Origin: Histomonas meleagridis 2922-C6/04-290x
Taxonomy: Eukaryota; Protista; Parabasalia
Direction of reading: 5' to 3'
DNA length: 64,000 bases
Assembly: GCA_020184695.1 (NCBI GenBank)
Contig: JAANOX010000080.1
Coordinates: forward strand, 186,001 to 250,000
Shown: one piece after another, positions 1 to 10,787 of the stretch
How the letters are laid out: each line of letters starts with the position of its first letter
Position numbering within the stretch: the stretch's first letter is position 1
Notes under the pieces: model-generated
Told to the model about the DNA's origin: nothing
The model's input: the letters and a program-made list of their open reading frames with translations, nothing else
Database searches by the model: none
Program-made: the position numbers and the translations under genes

Positions 1-2
1 AT

Positions 3-338
3 AATGTCGAAATTCGTGCACCACCAAATGTATGTAATGAAGTGTTTGAATTTCTTAGCAACCGTCGGTATAAAGTATTCAATCGGAAAAAGCTATTGTT
101 TTCTGCTTTATATAATGTATATCTTCCTGTAAGGAATGCATTTGGGTTTAAAAAAGAAATCAAAAAATTAACAGCTAATGAAGCAGAAATAAAGATGCAT
201 TTTGATCATTGGGAAAATATTCAAGGAAATGCTCTTGAAGATGGTTCGGAATTGAACGAATTAATTAGATCAATTAGAAAGAAAAAAGGTCTGAAAGAAG
301 ATTTACCATCACTTGATGAATATAATGAAAAATTTTAG
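3..338 (+). CDS. C-terminal part of a divergent EF-2/EFL1/Snu114-family translational GTPase (5' end outside window)
   Basis: Frame open from base 3: NVEIRAPP..LSNRRYKV..YLPVRNAFGF..MHFDHWENIQG..RKKKGLKEDLPSLDEYNEKF, resembling the eEF2 C-terminal motifs YLPV.ESFGF, FDHW and RKRKGL. Ends TAG. Confidence 0.8.
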   Translation, partial: NVEIRAPPNVCNEVFEFLSNRRYKVFNRKKLLFSALYNVYLPVRNAFGFKKEIKKLTANEAEIKMHFDHWENIQGNALEDGSELNELIRSIRKKKGLKEDLPSLDEYNEKF

Positions 339-452
339 ATAAATTGTGCTGATTTCAAAAATATTTTATTTGGATTTTTCCTTTTTTTAGAATTCTAAAA
401 AAACGTGTGTAAATAACTTTTCGATAATTTATGCGAAAATGAATCAAATTAT

Positions 453-745
453 AATGTTAATATTAAAAATATTAAATTTTTGTAATTAATGTTTATTTTA
501 ATAATATATTATTCCTATAAAAGGAATTTATTAAAGTTATTTGAAACACCTCTTATAATTGCATCAAAAAATAGGAATACTGAAGTTGTTAAATTACTTC
601 TTGAACGAAATGATATTGATGTTAATGCGCAAAATAGGAAGGCAAAACAGCAATTTTTGTTGCATCCATATAGAATAATAAAGAAATAGTTGAATTACTT
701 AAAAGGAAAGAAGGAATTAAATATGAAGAAAGTCATTTGAAGTAA
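453..745 (+). pseudogene. Ankyrin-repeat fragment with one spacer-interrupted and one spacer-free junction
   Basis: NVNIKN|69-nt spacer 471-539|FETPLIIASKNRNTEVVKLLLERNDIDVNAQN, then (1-nt frameshift) GKTAIFVASI*NNKEIVELL. Confidence 0.75.
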
Positions 746-1152
746 GCATTTCAGAGGCCGAGTGAAAATAAATCTTCGCTTCGATCCTTATTGATATTAG
801 CTGCACAACTTGATAAAAATAGTGGTAAAGGAATAAATTTATTACGAAATTTCTCCAACAGCAACAAATAGAAAACACAAAGTAAATGTTTAATAGAAAA
901 GCAAACACAAATCTAGATAATAAACATAAAAATAAACAAGAATTTCATATTTATTTAAATTTTTTATTTTAATTTTGTTTGTTTAAAAAAAATTGTAAGG
1001 GTCTTTGGAGAAGGGGAAAATTTGGAAATTTCTAACTTATGATATTCTCCAACAATTATGAATTTGATCTTTATATTTTTTGATTTCTTGTTCTATTGCA
1101 TTTGAAACGAACGTTAATTCTCTTGGAAATTTTTTTAAAAAGAAAAAAAAAA

Positions 1153-1808
1153 ATGAATTCTTCTTATGAAAGAATGCAATATAGAATATATGATTCTCTT
1201 CAATTTATATGTAACCGTGAAATTAATCTTCGTGATGATGAGATAGCAAGACTTAAAGAAGAACTAACAAAATTAAAATCAGAAATTGAAACTTATGATG
1301 AAAATTTACTGATGAAAGAGTTATATACAAAAAGAGCTAAACAATTTAAAAAACAAACTTATAAGTTTAAAAAATAATCATCAAATTCAAGTTTCTCAAC
1401 TTTCAATAGAACATCAAAACCAACTTCAAAAATTGTCACAATTACAACAAGAACATATTAATCAAAGTTCCAAATCAGAAACATTTTACCGAATCATTTT
1501 CAAATTTAATATCCAATTCATCTTCTGAAGAAAATGAACTCCAAAACAAAATTACTGAACTAAAGAGATCCATACAAATTGAGAAATCAAAAATACGTCA
1601 ATTAACATCAATGGTCAAGCAATCAGTAAACCCTATACAATCAATTCATAACACCTGAACTCCTTATGAGTATTTTCCAAAAGATCAAAAATTATATATT
1701 GTTAAATCACTTCAATCTCAAAACAAAGCGTTAAAACGTGAAATATGTCGACTTGACTCAATGATATATGGAAGACATGGAAAATACCAAAAATGGAAAA
1801 ACATTTAA
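1153..1808 (+). pseudogene. Frameshifted coiled-coil protein gene
   Basis: Coiled-coil-like peptide continues across frame changes near 1375 and 1490 and an in-frame TGA near 1656. Confidence 0.45.
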
Positions 1809-2141
1809 TTGAAATGAAATCATTAAATTAAAACAAAGGAAAGAACACAAGGCATAACAAAGCTCAAGAAAGAAATTGTAATTAAATTATTAAAAGAACA
1901 ATATAATACATCCGAAAATCCGAAACTTGAATTAGACGAATCATTGATATGCCAATTTTGTAGATCTTTAAGCGATGTCATTCATCTGAAGTACATAAGA
2001 TTCGAAGATATCTAGAAACTTCTTCATAAGAAATTATATCATTGAACCCTCGTTTGAAAAATGTAATGATTTCTTTTTGTTTACGAAAAGAACATAGGTA
2101 AAAAAAATACTAAAAGAAATCCAAAAGCCAAATTTTTGAAA

Positions 2142-2213
2142 TTCACCGTGGAACAATGGTAGTTCGTGAGATCCATTATCTCAAAGTTGGAAGTTCGATT
2201 CTTCCCGGTGATA
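2142..2213 (+). tRNA. Atypical tRNA or tRNA pseudogene; anticodon CAT by canonical numbering
   Basis: Cloverleaf: acceptor TCACCG/CGGTGA, D-arm GAAC-AATGGTA-GTTC, anticodon arm TGAGA-TCCATTA-TCTCA, T-arm GGAAG-TTCGATT-CTTCC. A T-run terminator follows. C33 and T37 are non-canonical. Confidence 0.7.
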
Positions 2214-2779
2214 CTTTTTTTTCGTAAAAATTAAACGTGCACTTTTTTACAAAAATATTTTAAAAAGAATTTAAAATGATCTTTAAATCAATTTAAATCT
2301 ATGAAATCAGTGATTGCAACCAAGGTTTTTTTTGTTAAAATTTATTAGAAAATTTACATAAATAATTTAAAATTCAAGATATAAATTTCAAATTAATGCT
2401 GACGTATTTATAATTTCATCAACAATTGTCATTCCTTTTTCCTATAAAAATTTTATTTACATTAAGATGGAATTTAATTACAGTTTCATTTCCTGATAAA
2501 TGATTTTGTTCACAAACAACTATTTATGAGATGACCAAAGCATTATTTAGAACACTGTCAGCTCTATTTTAATAAAGCTAAAAAATTAATGACAAAAAAT
2601 TCCATAGCATTTGCATATCATCTCTGTAATCATAAATACAAATGAATAGAAGTAAATAAAATCTACAAAATGATTTACTAAACAACATATATCATAGTTA
2701 TCATGGTTTTAATTCATCACAAATCCATTTAATAAAAAGAAAATATATTGAAATATCAAATTTTTTAACAATTTTCAAC

Positions 2780-3010
2780 TTTTTGTTTCCTTTCTTTCCT
2801 TTTATTTTTCTCTTTGCTGCTAACATACCATTTCACAACAAGGAATTTCCCTTCAACAAACTTGCCGTGCATTAATTGCTGCAACTGCGCTTTTGTGGTC
2901 CGCCATATTGCAAAGTCCGGCTCCAAACTTCAAGAGGAGGGGAAATTTAACAGTACCAAATTGTGAGAACATATTGCCAAGATCTTCATTTGATACTTGA
3001 TGGATTCAGC
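2780..3010 (-). pseudogene. RRM-domain gene remnant
   Basis: VSNEDLGNMFSQFGTVK..GLCNMADHKSAVAAINA / (frameshift) HGKFVEGKFLVVKW reads like an RRM; no intact ORF. Confidence 0.6.
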
Positions 3011-3331
3011 TAAATGGATGAATTTTTAAACGGTCTCTGTGCACTTAGTATAATGTAATGAAAATCATTTAAGAATCCAAATGAACTTTCTGGAAAAAAA
3101 AATTAAATTAATAGATTATGCAGCATTTTTCGCTCAATTCAAAGTTTTAAATATTTATTACTAAATCATACCGATGAAAAAACCTGTACAGGTAAGTCCG
3201 AATCAAATTTAAAACTTTTGGTATTATATAAAGAATACACAAACATTATCAGATCTAAAGTTACAAGAATGAAATAAATTCTATTATTTTATATTAATGC
3301 AAATATGGATTAGATGATAGATAATTTTTAT

Positions 3332-4800
3332 TTATATTTCTTCGCTTGAATCCGATTTTCCTTCGTCTTCCTCCTCATTATTATTATTCTCATTTTCTTC
3401 TTCTTCATTTTCGTTATTATTTCCATGTCTTTTCATTAATTCCTCTTTGATTTCGTCGAACTTTTCTCTATTAATTTTTCCCAAAAATGCGAAAATCATT
3501 GAGCACAAAAAGAAAATTCCTGGTACAACACCAATCACAACTCGTATAGCCATCAATGCCTTATCCGGTTGTTTTATAACACTTCCATCAGTTGATTCCA
3601 CATAACCAAATGCGCCTAAAATCGCCGAAACTATTGCCATTACAATTCCGGATGAAATTTTATATAAGCATTGGAATATGCCATATATTACACCTTCTCT
3701 TCTTACACCATATTTATATTCATCGATTTCGACTACATCTGGAATCGAAGCATAAGGTATAATTTGTATTGCAGAAAGTCCTAAACCTGCAAGAACTACT
3801 AAAATTACAGTGGTTGCTATGTTATTCTTCGGAACAACCATTGCAAAGATTAATATAACAAACATATAAATAGATGCTACTGCATATACACATGTTTTGT
3901 TAAATCGCTCACTAATACATACCCAAAACATAGCAGAAAGAATCGCACAGACTAATGGAATGGCAACAAAGACCATGGCCATTATGCCACCTGCAAACCC
4001 GAGTGAGTCATTGATGAAGAACATGAACGTCCCCATGATCACATCGAATCCAACCATACTTAGTAAATAATTCAATAGGATATTCCGGAACTCGCGAAGA
4101 CTAAAAAGTTCTTTGATCGTTAGACAAAAGCTTTTGAAGTTTTCGGGTGCCGTTTCTGTACGTTCTTTAACAACATAACCACATAAAAAAATTACAATAC
4201 ATGCAACAACTGAAAATAACCCACTCGTTAATAAATAGGCTTTAGACTGTGTGCCAAAAACAGGATAAAATAAACTTTCTTTTCCATCAGCTAATAAGGC
4301 AAATAATGCAGCGCCACAAATAATTCCAATATTTGCAAGGGCAATTCTAATACCATTAATACTTGTTCGTTCGTCATAATCTTTAGTCATGTTTGCTGTT
4401 AATGTGTTGTAAGGAATATAAACAACATTTAATGCTGTATTAAATAACATGTAAAAAATTACGTAATATACAACTCTTGCGCCTTCTGAACCGCCGGGGA
4501 AAATCCAAATTAAAATAAATGCAATTCCTACTGGTAAAGCTCCAAATAATAAATAAACTCTTTTTTTTCCCCATCTTGAATGAGTCTTATCAACAATTAC
4601 ACCCATCAAATAATTTGAAATACCATCCCAAACTTTACCAATAATTGTAACAACTGAGGCTAAATAAGACCTTAATCCACCAACATTGATTAAATAATAT
4701 AAGAAATAAAATGAAATCGCACTTAACAAAATATTAACAGCTAAGTCGCCACATCCATATAAAATTTTTTCTTTTGCTGGTAATTTTTCTCGAACCATGA
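3332..4800 (-). CDS. MFS glycoside-pentoside-hexuronide (MelB/GPH-like) sugar:cation symporter
   Basis: About 12 hydrophobic segments; motifs YGCGD, WD..N..MG.IVDKT.SRWGK, PY..L...MT.DY.ER, PDVVE.DE....RREG; acidic N/E tail. First ATG at 4800. Confidence 0.92.
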
Positions 4801-5149
4801 ATTCGACTGAGCGCACATTGGCTTCAAACCACTTTTTGATAATTTATGCACACAAACTTTGAATGCTCATCTGCAATTTTTTCAATGTAACCGCTTCACC
4901 GTTAGGTAAACCAGAAGCGATTACATTGAAAAAGATGAGCACTCAAATTTTTAGCAACAACTGGCTGATCAATAAAAAATAACTTTATATCTGATTGAAC
5001 AAAAAATAATTGAATTATTTCAAATAAAAAACCTCTATATTTTGTAAATTATAATACAGGAAAAACAAATAATATGGAATATGATATGGATGATTTTGAT
5101 GACAAATATATAAAAATATTTTGGGAATTTCTAGAAATATTAAAAAAAG

Positions 5150-5903
5150 AATGATTGGGAACTTCATAAGAAATTAATTAAAGGAGGAGTTAATCCAAAT
5201 GAAATTGAATGATCTAAAATAATTTAAAATGATGAAATCTAAAAACTTCAAGAAATTCATCACAAACGAATTTTGATTTTAATCAAACAATTAAACCATC
5301 ACTTTATGAAAGATGTGATTTTATTAATAAAAAAAATGTTACATTAATTGATTATGCAGCATTTTTTTCTTCTGTTAAATGTTTTAAATATTTACTTATG
5401 AATGGTTCTAAAATAGAAAATGCAGGTAAATATGCAATTGCAGGTGGAAATGAAAAATCATTTATTTATGTTAACAAAATCATTCATCATTTAAAGATGC
5501 ATATGAAGTTGCAATTGAATATCATCGAAATAATCTTTTCCATTATCTATATGAAAATAAAATTATTGAAATCAATAGTTTAGATGAATTAGAAAAAGTT
5601 TGTGTTCATATCATAACTATGAAACTTTATCATTTTTATTAGAAAATGGAATGAAATAAATGATGCAATTATATATGAATGTGCAAAAATTCGAAATATA
5701 TTTCTACTCAATTATTTACTTATAGGAAAAAAATTCCAAAATTTTTATTACATTATGCAATTGAATCTGGAAACTCTGATCTTGTTAATTTCATTTATTT
5801 AAAAACTAATCTAAATGAGAAAGGTGTTAACTTATTTTGTATTCTGTTTATTTTAATTTTATTTTTATTTGACCGGTCGTCAACATCCCTTGTTAAACAA
5901 TAA
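5150..5903 (+). pseudogene. Decayed DUF3447/ankyrin family copy
   Basis: GVNPNEI, KLQEI, PSLYERC, DYAAFF, YAIAGGNE, YAIESGNSDLV recognisable across many stops and frameshifts. Confidence 0.8.
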
Positions 5904-6011
5904 ACAATTTCAAAATATAACATGATACAAAGCACACTGTTGAACACAAACACGAGGGAACTTATTATTTAAATATGAAACAAAGTAATGTAATTCAATT
6001 GAATTCAATCT

Positions 6012-7199
6012 TTACTGAATTGCCTTTGCAATAGCATCAGCAACGAATTCAATATTTTCACTATTAAGAGCTGGGATTGTGACTCTTCCACTGTTAGGGA
6101 TGAATACTCCCTCATTTGCTAATTTACCAACCTGTTCTGGTGTAAGGAATGTGAATGCGAACATTCCATGTTGCTCACAGATAAACTTCCAGTCCTTGCC
6201 AGTCTTTTCTTCAAGGAGTTGACAAAGTTTTTTCCTGAGTTCAATTACTCTCATTGAAATTTCATGGAGTTCTTCAAGCCATTCCTTATGGAGTTCTGGG
6301 TTAGAGAGAACCTCGTGAGCAATATAAGCTCCGTTCTCTGGTGGAACGCTCCATGACATTCTGCCAATACGAGCAAGTTGACCTGAGACTGCTGCTGCTT
6401 CTTCTTTGGTGGAGCATACAGCATGGCAACAGCCAATACGTTCACCGTAAAGACCCATGCATTTTGAAAATGAAAATGCAACAAAGAATTGTCTTCCCAT
6501 TTTGGCATATTCACGAACTATTTGGCAGTCAGTTTCAGCATCGCCGCTTGCAAATCCCATGTAAGCAAAATCGAAGAGGATTATATGATGTTTCTCATTG
6601 ACAATATCAAAGATTTGATGCCATTCAGATGTTGTAGGATCAGTACCTGTTGGATTGTTGGCAACAACTTGAAGAACAACAAGACAGCCTTCAGGGAACT
6701 CACGAAGTGATTGAACAATACCTTCAATATCAAGACGATTGCCCTTAAGCCATGGGAAGAAACCAAGCTCATGTCCGAATTCACCGAAGATTTGCTTGTA
6801 GTTTGGCCAGGATGGATTTGCAAGAAGAACTTTAGGAATATTAAGATGCATCTTGCAGAATTTGGAAGTAAGGAAAAGAGCGCCAGTACCTGCACAGCTT
6901 TGAACTGATGCAATTTGTGGACCATACTTGGATAAAACTTCTTCTCCCCATAATACCTTTCGAGCTTCTTCAACAAAAGGTGCATAGCCTTTCATTGGAA
7001 GATAGTCTTTGCTGTACTTGTGAAGAATTATGTCTTCTGCCTTTGCTACTGCTGGGAATGTATATGGCTTTCCTTCTTCAGTTCTATAGACACCGACTGT
7101 AAGAGAGTACTTTCTAGTAAGAGGCGAAGCATTAAACTTCTCACTAACACCAAAAATTGGATCTGGTGGTGGAGCTTGAACACTTCCAAAAACACTCAT
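6012..7199 (-). CDS. Aspartate aminotransferase (class I PLP enzyme)
   Basis: PPDPIFG, LTVGVYRTEEGKP, GTGAL, PSWPNY, NPTG.D, FDFAYMGFASG, SFSKCMGLYGER, Q.GMF, SGR motifs. Confidence 0.97.
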   Translation of the reverse strand: MSVFGSVQAPPPDPIFGVSEKFNASPLTRKYSLTVGVYRTEEGKPYTFPAVAKAEDIILHKYSKDYLPMKGYAPFVEEARKVLWGEEVLSKYGPQIASVQSCAGTGALFLTSKFCKMHLNIPKVLLANPSWPNYKQIFGEFGHELGFFPWLKGNRLDIEGIVQSLREFPEGCLVVLQVVANNPTGTDPTTSEWHQIFDIVNEKHHIILFDFAYMGFASGDAETDCQIVREYAKMGRQFFVAFSFSKCMGLYGERIGCCHAVCSTKEEAAAVSGQLARIGRMSWSVPPENGAYIAHEVLSNPELHKEWLEELHEISMRVIELRKKLCQLLEEKTGKDWKFICEQHGMFAFTFLTPEQVGKLANEGVFIPNSGRVTIPALNSENIEFVADAIAKAIQ

Positions 7200-7200
7200 T

Positions 7201-7221
7201 AAAATGACATCGTTTCACTTT
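7201..7221 (-). promoter_or_regulatory. Trichomonad Inr (TCATTTT) with upstream M2-like AAAGTGAA
   Basis: Minus strand reads aaagtgaaacgatgTCATTTTaATG immediately before the AspAT start. Confidence 0.55.
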
Positions 7222-7738
7222 TTAAAATTTGAAAGCAAAATGATTGAAAACCGTCGGAAATGGACAAACGATGAAAGAACAATGATGGAAAATTCAATGA
7301 TTTACTTGGTCGAAGCATAGAATTTCTTTCAAATCCCCCACAACAATAAAAAATTTGTAACCTCGAAAAAGTTTTTTTAAAATCGGCATTTTATCCTCTT
7401 TTTTCTTTTGTAGAAACGATCTTAAATGATTGTTTTACTATAAAAATAATAATTCCTTTATGTTTTAAAAAAATCATGAGATATGAATTTAGATCTATTT
7501 CTTTATTTGAAGTTTGATTTTATCAAACATCTCATGATGTACTTTAAGCACTATAAAAAGCATCAATTTACTCACACAATAAAATTTTTAAAACATTCGA
7601 AAATACTTTAAAAAACCGTAAATAGTTCTGAGGAAAAAATGACAATTTACTTTCATTGAATATTTTATGCCACTTAATAAGGTTCTGTGCAAACAAAGTC
7701 TGTCAAATGCTTTGACTTACTTTGTTCATTACATTTTA

Positions 7739-8098
7739 ATGGCTGATCCTAAAAAAAAAGAAACTGCACTTATGTTCCAAGCACTGAGAACAAAGTTTAA
7801 GGATAACATCAATCCAGAAGAATATCCTGGCACAATGTCTCTCGTGTACGAACTTGATTCTCCAGTATATCTTTTGACAACTGATAACGAACCTTTTGTT
7901 GGTGAATTAAATTCATTCGATGCATTTGGTGGCGTTGTACTATCAAAAGTGAAATCAGTTATTGGAAATATGACATATGGAACATGTTATTTTCGTTCCG
8001 AACAGATTCTATTTATTGGCCATATTAACAAAGATATGGAAGCAGAGCTGATCCAAAAATATGATACAATGGACATTAGTCCTATTTCTCCACAATAA
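7739..8098 (+). CDS. Sm-like protein (LSm1-like)
   Basis: SLVYELDSPVYLLTTDNEPFVGELNSFDAFGGVVLS..GTCYFRSEQILFIG matches the Sm1/Sm2 pattern. Confidence 0.7.
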   Translation: MADPKKKETALMFQALRTKFKDNINPEEYPGTMSLVYELDSPVYLLTTDNEPFVGELNSFDAFGGVVLSKVKSVIGNMTYGTCYFRSEQILFIGHINKDMEAELIQKYDTMDISPISPQ

Positions 8099-8494
8099 AT
8101 TGTCTTTTGTGAATATATATTAATGATCTTTAATATTGCTGGTAATTAAAAATCTCATGAAATTCATTTATATAAATTATACTGTTTTTAATTATTTTAA
8201 CAAAAAGAAATTTGTAAATTGGTGTACACGCTTTTAATTTATAAGAAATTCTCCAGTTTCATTATAAATTGCACCTAATGAACTAATTACGAATATATGA
8301 AATTCGTCATCTATGGAGGAAAAGAGGGGTTTCTTGATTGACTGTCTCATAGATATATCTGATATTCAGAAAATCTTAAAGTTTCTCTACCAAAATTTAT
8401 TGGTGCATTGCCTGTGCTTTGATCTATACTGCGTTCCATTTGCAGCTCTCGAACTCTTCGAGAAAAAAAAATTTGCGTCGATGAGCAAAAAAAT

Positions 8495-8566
8495 TGGAAG
8501 TATGGGGGATTGAACCCCAGGCCTCCACTATGCTAAAGTGGCGCTCTCCCACTGAGCTATACTCCC
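8495..8566 (-). tRNA. tRNA-Ala(AGC)
   Basis: GGGAGTATAGCTCAGTGGGAGAGCGCCACTTTAGCATAGTGGAGGCCTGGGGTTCAATCCCCCATACTTCCA; G3:U70 pair; AGC anticodon. Confidence 0.95.
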
Positions 8567-8701
8567 TTCGATATTTTTTTTATGATAATAAATTTGATAT
8601 TAATTTTTTCAAATGATTTGATTTAAAAATTTACATTGTATTATTTTTACAAAAAATACCTAAAGAAAATGATTTTTAAATTAAATATAAAAGTAAATTT
8701 T

Positions 8702-10259
8702 TTATATTTGATCCATTTCCAACAAACTTGGAACCAGTGCCGGATCATTTATGTAATTATATACAAAATCATCAGCTTTAAATGGGAATATAAAATCAGA
8801 TTTCATGCAGCTGTACAAGTTCCATTTTTTCCATTTATTTCTCATAAACACTGCGATTATTATCACTGAATCTTTTTCAGGTGGCGTACAATTGAACAGT
8901 TCGAATTGATCTATTTCATCCAAAATTTTTAAAGATAAACCACGCACGCATCCAAGCAAATGTATGGAATTATTACTTATATATGTTTTAGCAAATATTG
9001 GGATTACATCAACATTATCTGGTATATTTTCCAAATCGAATGAAATCTTTTGATTACCGAATCCAGAATAACCAGTAAAAACAATTGATTTATTTTGATT
9101 TTTCTTATGATCTTGAGAAACGTAATCATTAAAATAAAATTTTCCATCTTCTTGATGATATAATGTACAACACAAAAAAGCCGTGAATTTTTCGTAAAAC
9201 AACTCCAATTTTTTTCGGTACATCAATATGATGAATTTTACATGCTTTAAATAAAGTAATTGGATTGTTGGCTGAAAGTTCTATTCGTAACGAATGTCGT
9301 GTATTAGATGAATAATATGTACAAACTTGATGAAGAAGTTGTTCAATGTTTTGTGATGGTTGAAAATCGATTTATTCAAATTGCCTTATCTTATTTAAAT
9401 AATGGATACAAAGCGGGAAAATTCGATGTTGATTTGCATCGACATGCATTGTTGAAGTGTTTATGAGTTTATATAGTTCGGGATTTTTAAGTTTCCTACA
9501 TAAATTATCATCGCGTCTTTCATGTGGCGCTCCAAGAAGATTAAGTGTAACTTCCCCAGTATAATTTTGAGTTGTCGCAACAAAAAATATAATAAAATCA
9601 TTTGTGTAATTATGTGTTCCGAATTTCTTTGTATCGAGGTAAAAAACATCTGTTAAACCGGTGGGGCCAATATGCATATGTTGTCTGGATTTAGATGACA
9701 TATAAAATCCTCTGCCTTTTGACAATGAATAACACGTGGTAGAACTTGAAAATTCTAAAGCATATGCATCAAGAAAAATGGAAGGATTGGTTGGATTAGA
9801 TGGTGAATATGTAATATATGCATATATGTTTCTGTAGTTATTATAATTTAGATCAATAGGGAAGTTTGTGGTTGGAGGACAATATTTGATCGTAATTGTA
9901 GGTGGTCCTTTAGTTGCTTTGGAAACTTCTATCGGCAATGTGAAAACCTTATTACAACATTCAGGAGTAATTTTAATCTTGGCATAACCAAGATAATCAT
10001 CAAATAGTGTATCATGATCATAAAGTTTGAATCCTAAATAACTGGCTAAAACAAAAGGTATTCGAAAGGGATTGGAAAAGTTTGCATCCCAAACTGGATC
10101 TAAGGTTTTTTTTATAATTTGAGTTTTGCCCAAATTTGTCATGCGACCTAAGATGAAGGTCCATGTTTCATCAAACCATACCTCTGCATATGGATCAGAG
10201 AATCCATTTCGATCAGCACTTGGAAGATTGCATGCAGAAGAAACATAAACTTCAATCAT
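8702..10259 (-). pseudogene. C2-domain plus TerD-like gene, apparently split by a stop (9372) and a frameshift (about 9190-9230)
   Basis: N-terminal C2 (LPSADRNGFSDPY, KTLDPVW, YDHD). The frame stays open about 80 codons past the TAA at 9372. ORF 8702-9226 is TerD-like (FDLENIPDNVD..MRNKWKKW). Two separate genes cannot be excluded. Confidence 0.6.
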
Positions 10260-10504
10260 TTGACACTACTCAAAATTTACCATTGAATTCAAAATTTGAA
10301 AGATTTTCCCCACTTTTATTTCATTTTTGAATATTCATGTCATAAACTCATTTTTGTGCAAAAATGGAAATTGAGTAAAAAGGGGTAAATTCCGAATAAG
10401 GATAGGTCGAACAGAACATTATTATCTCCAAGTAAAGGCAAAATAAACCTTAATTTATCTATATTAATATTTTTAATGAATTGAATCAATAAATTTAAAA
10501 AAAT

Positions 10505-10576
10505 TGGAAGTATGGGGGATTGAACCCCAGGCCTCCACTATGCTAAAGTGGCGCTCTCCCACTGAGCTATACTCCC
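10505..10576 (-). tRNA. tRNA-Ala(AGC), identical to 8495-8566
   Basis: Same 72-nt sequence as the copy at 8495. Confidence 0.95.
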
Positions 10577-10787
10577 TATCGATAAAAAATTTTCTTTTTT
10601 ATATTTATACATCAAATAAAAAATGTTAAATCTAGATTAAATTAAAAAGACAAAAATGCAATTATAAACTCATAAATATTTTTGGAAAACAACAATTAAA
10701 TAACATCTATCGTTTATATAAACACAAAAATCAAAGTCAATTCTATTTTTTGGTTAAACCAAAATTGTTCTTGCAAGCATAATAACC

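Noticed and set aside
6251-7202. Multiple short overlapping or antisense ORFs over AspAT (likewise over SPTLC1, IPK1 and the 61.5-64 kb gene)
   Set aside because: Shadow ORFs expected in GC-richer coding sequence; no recognisable protein features.
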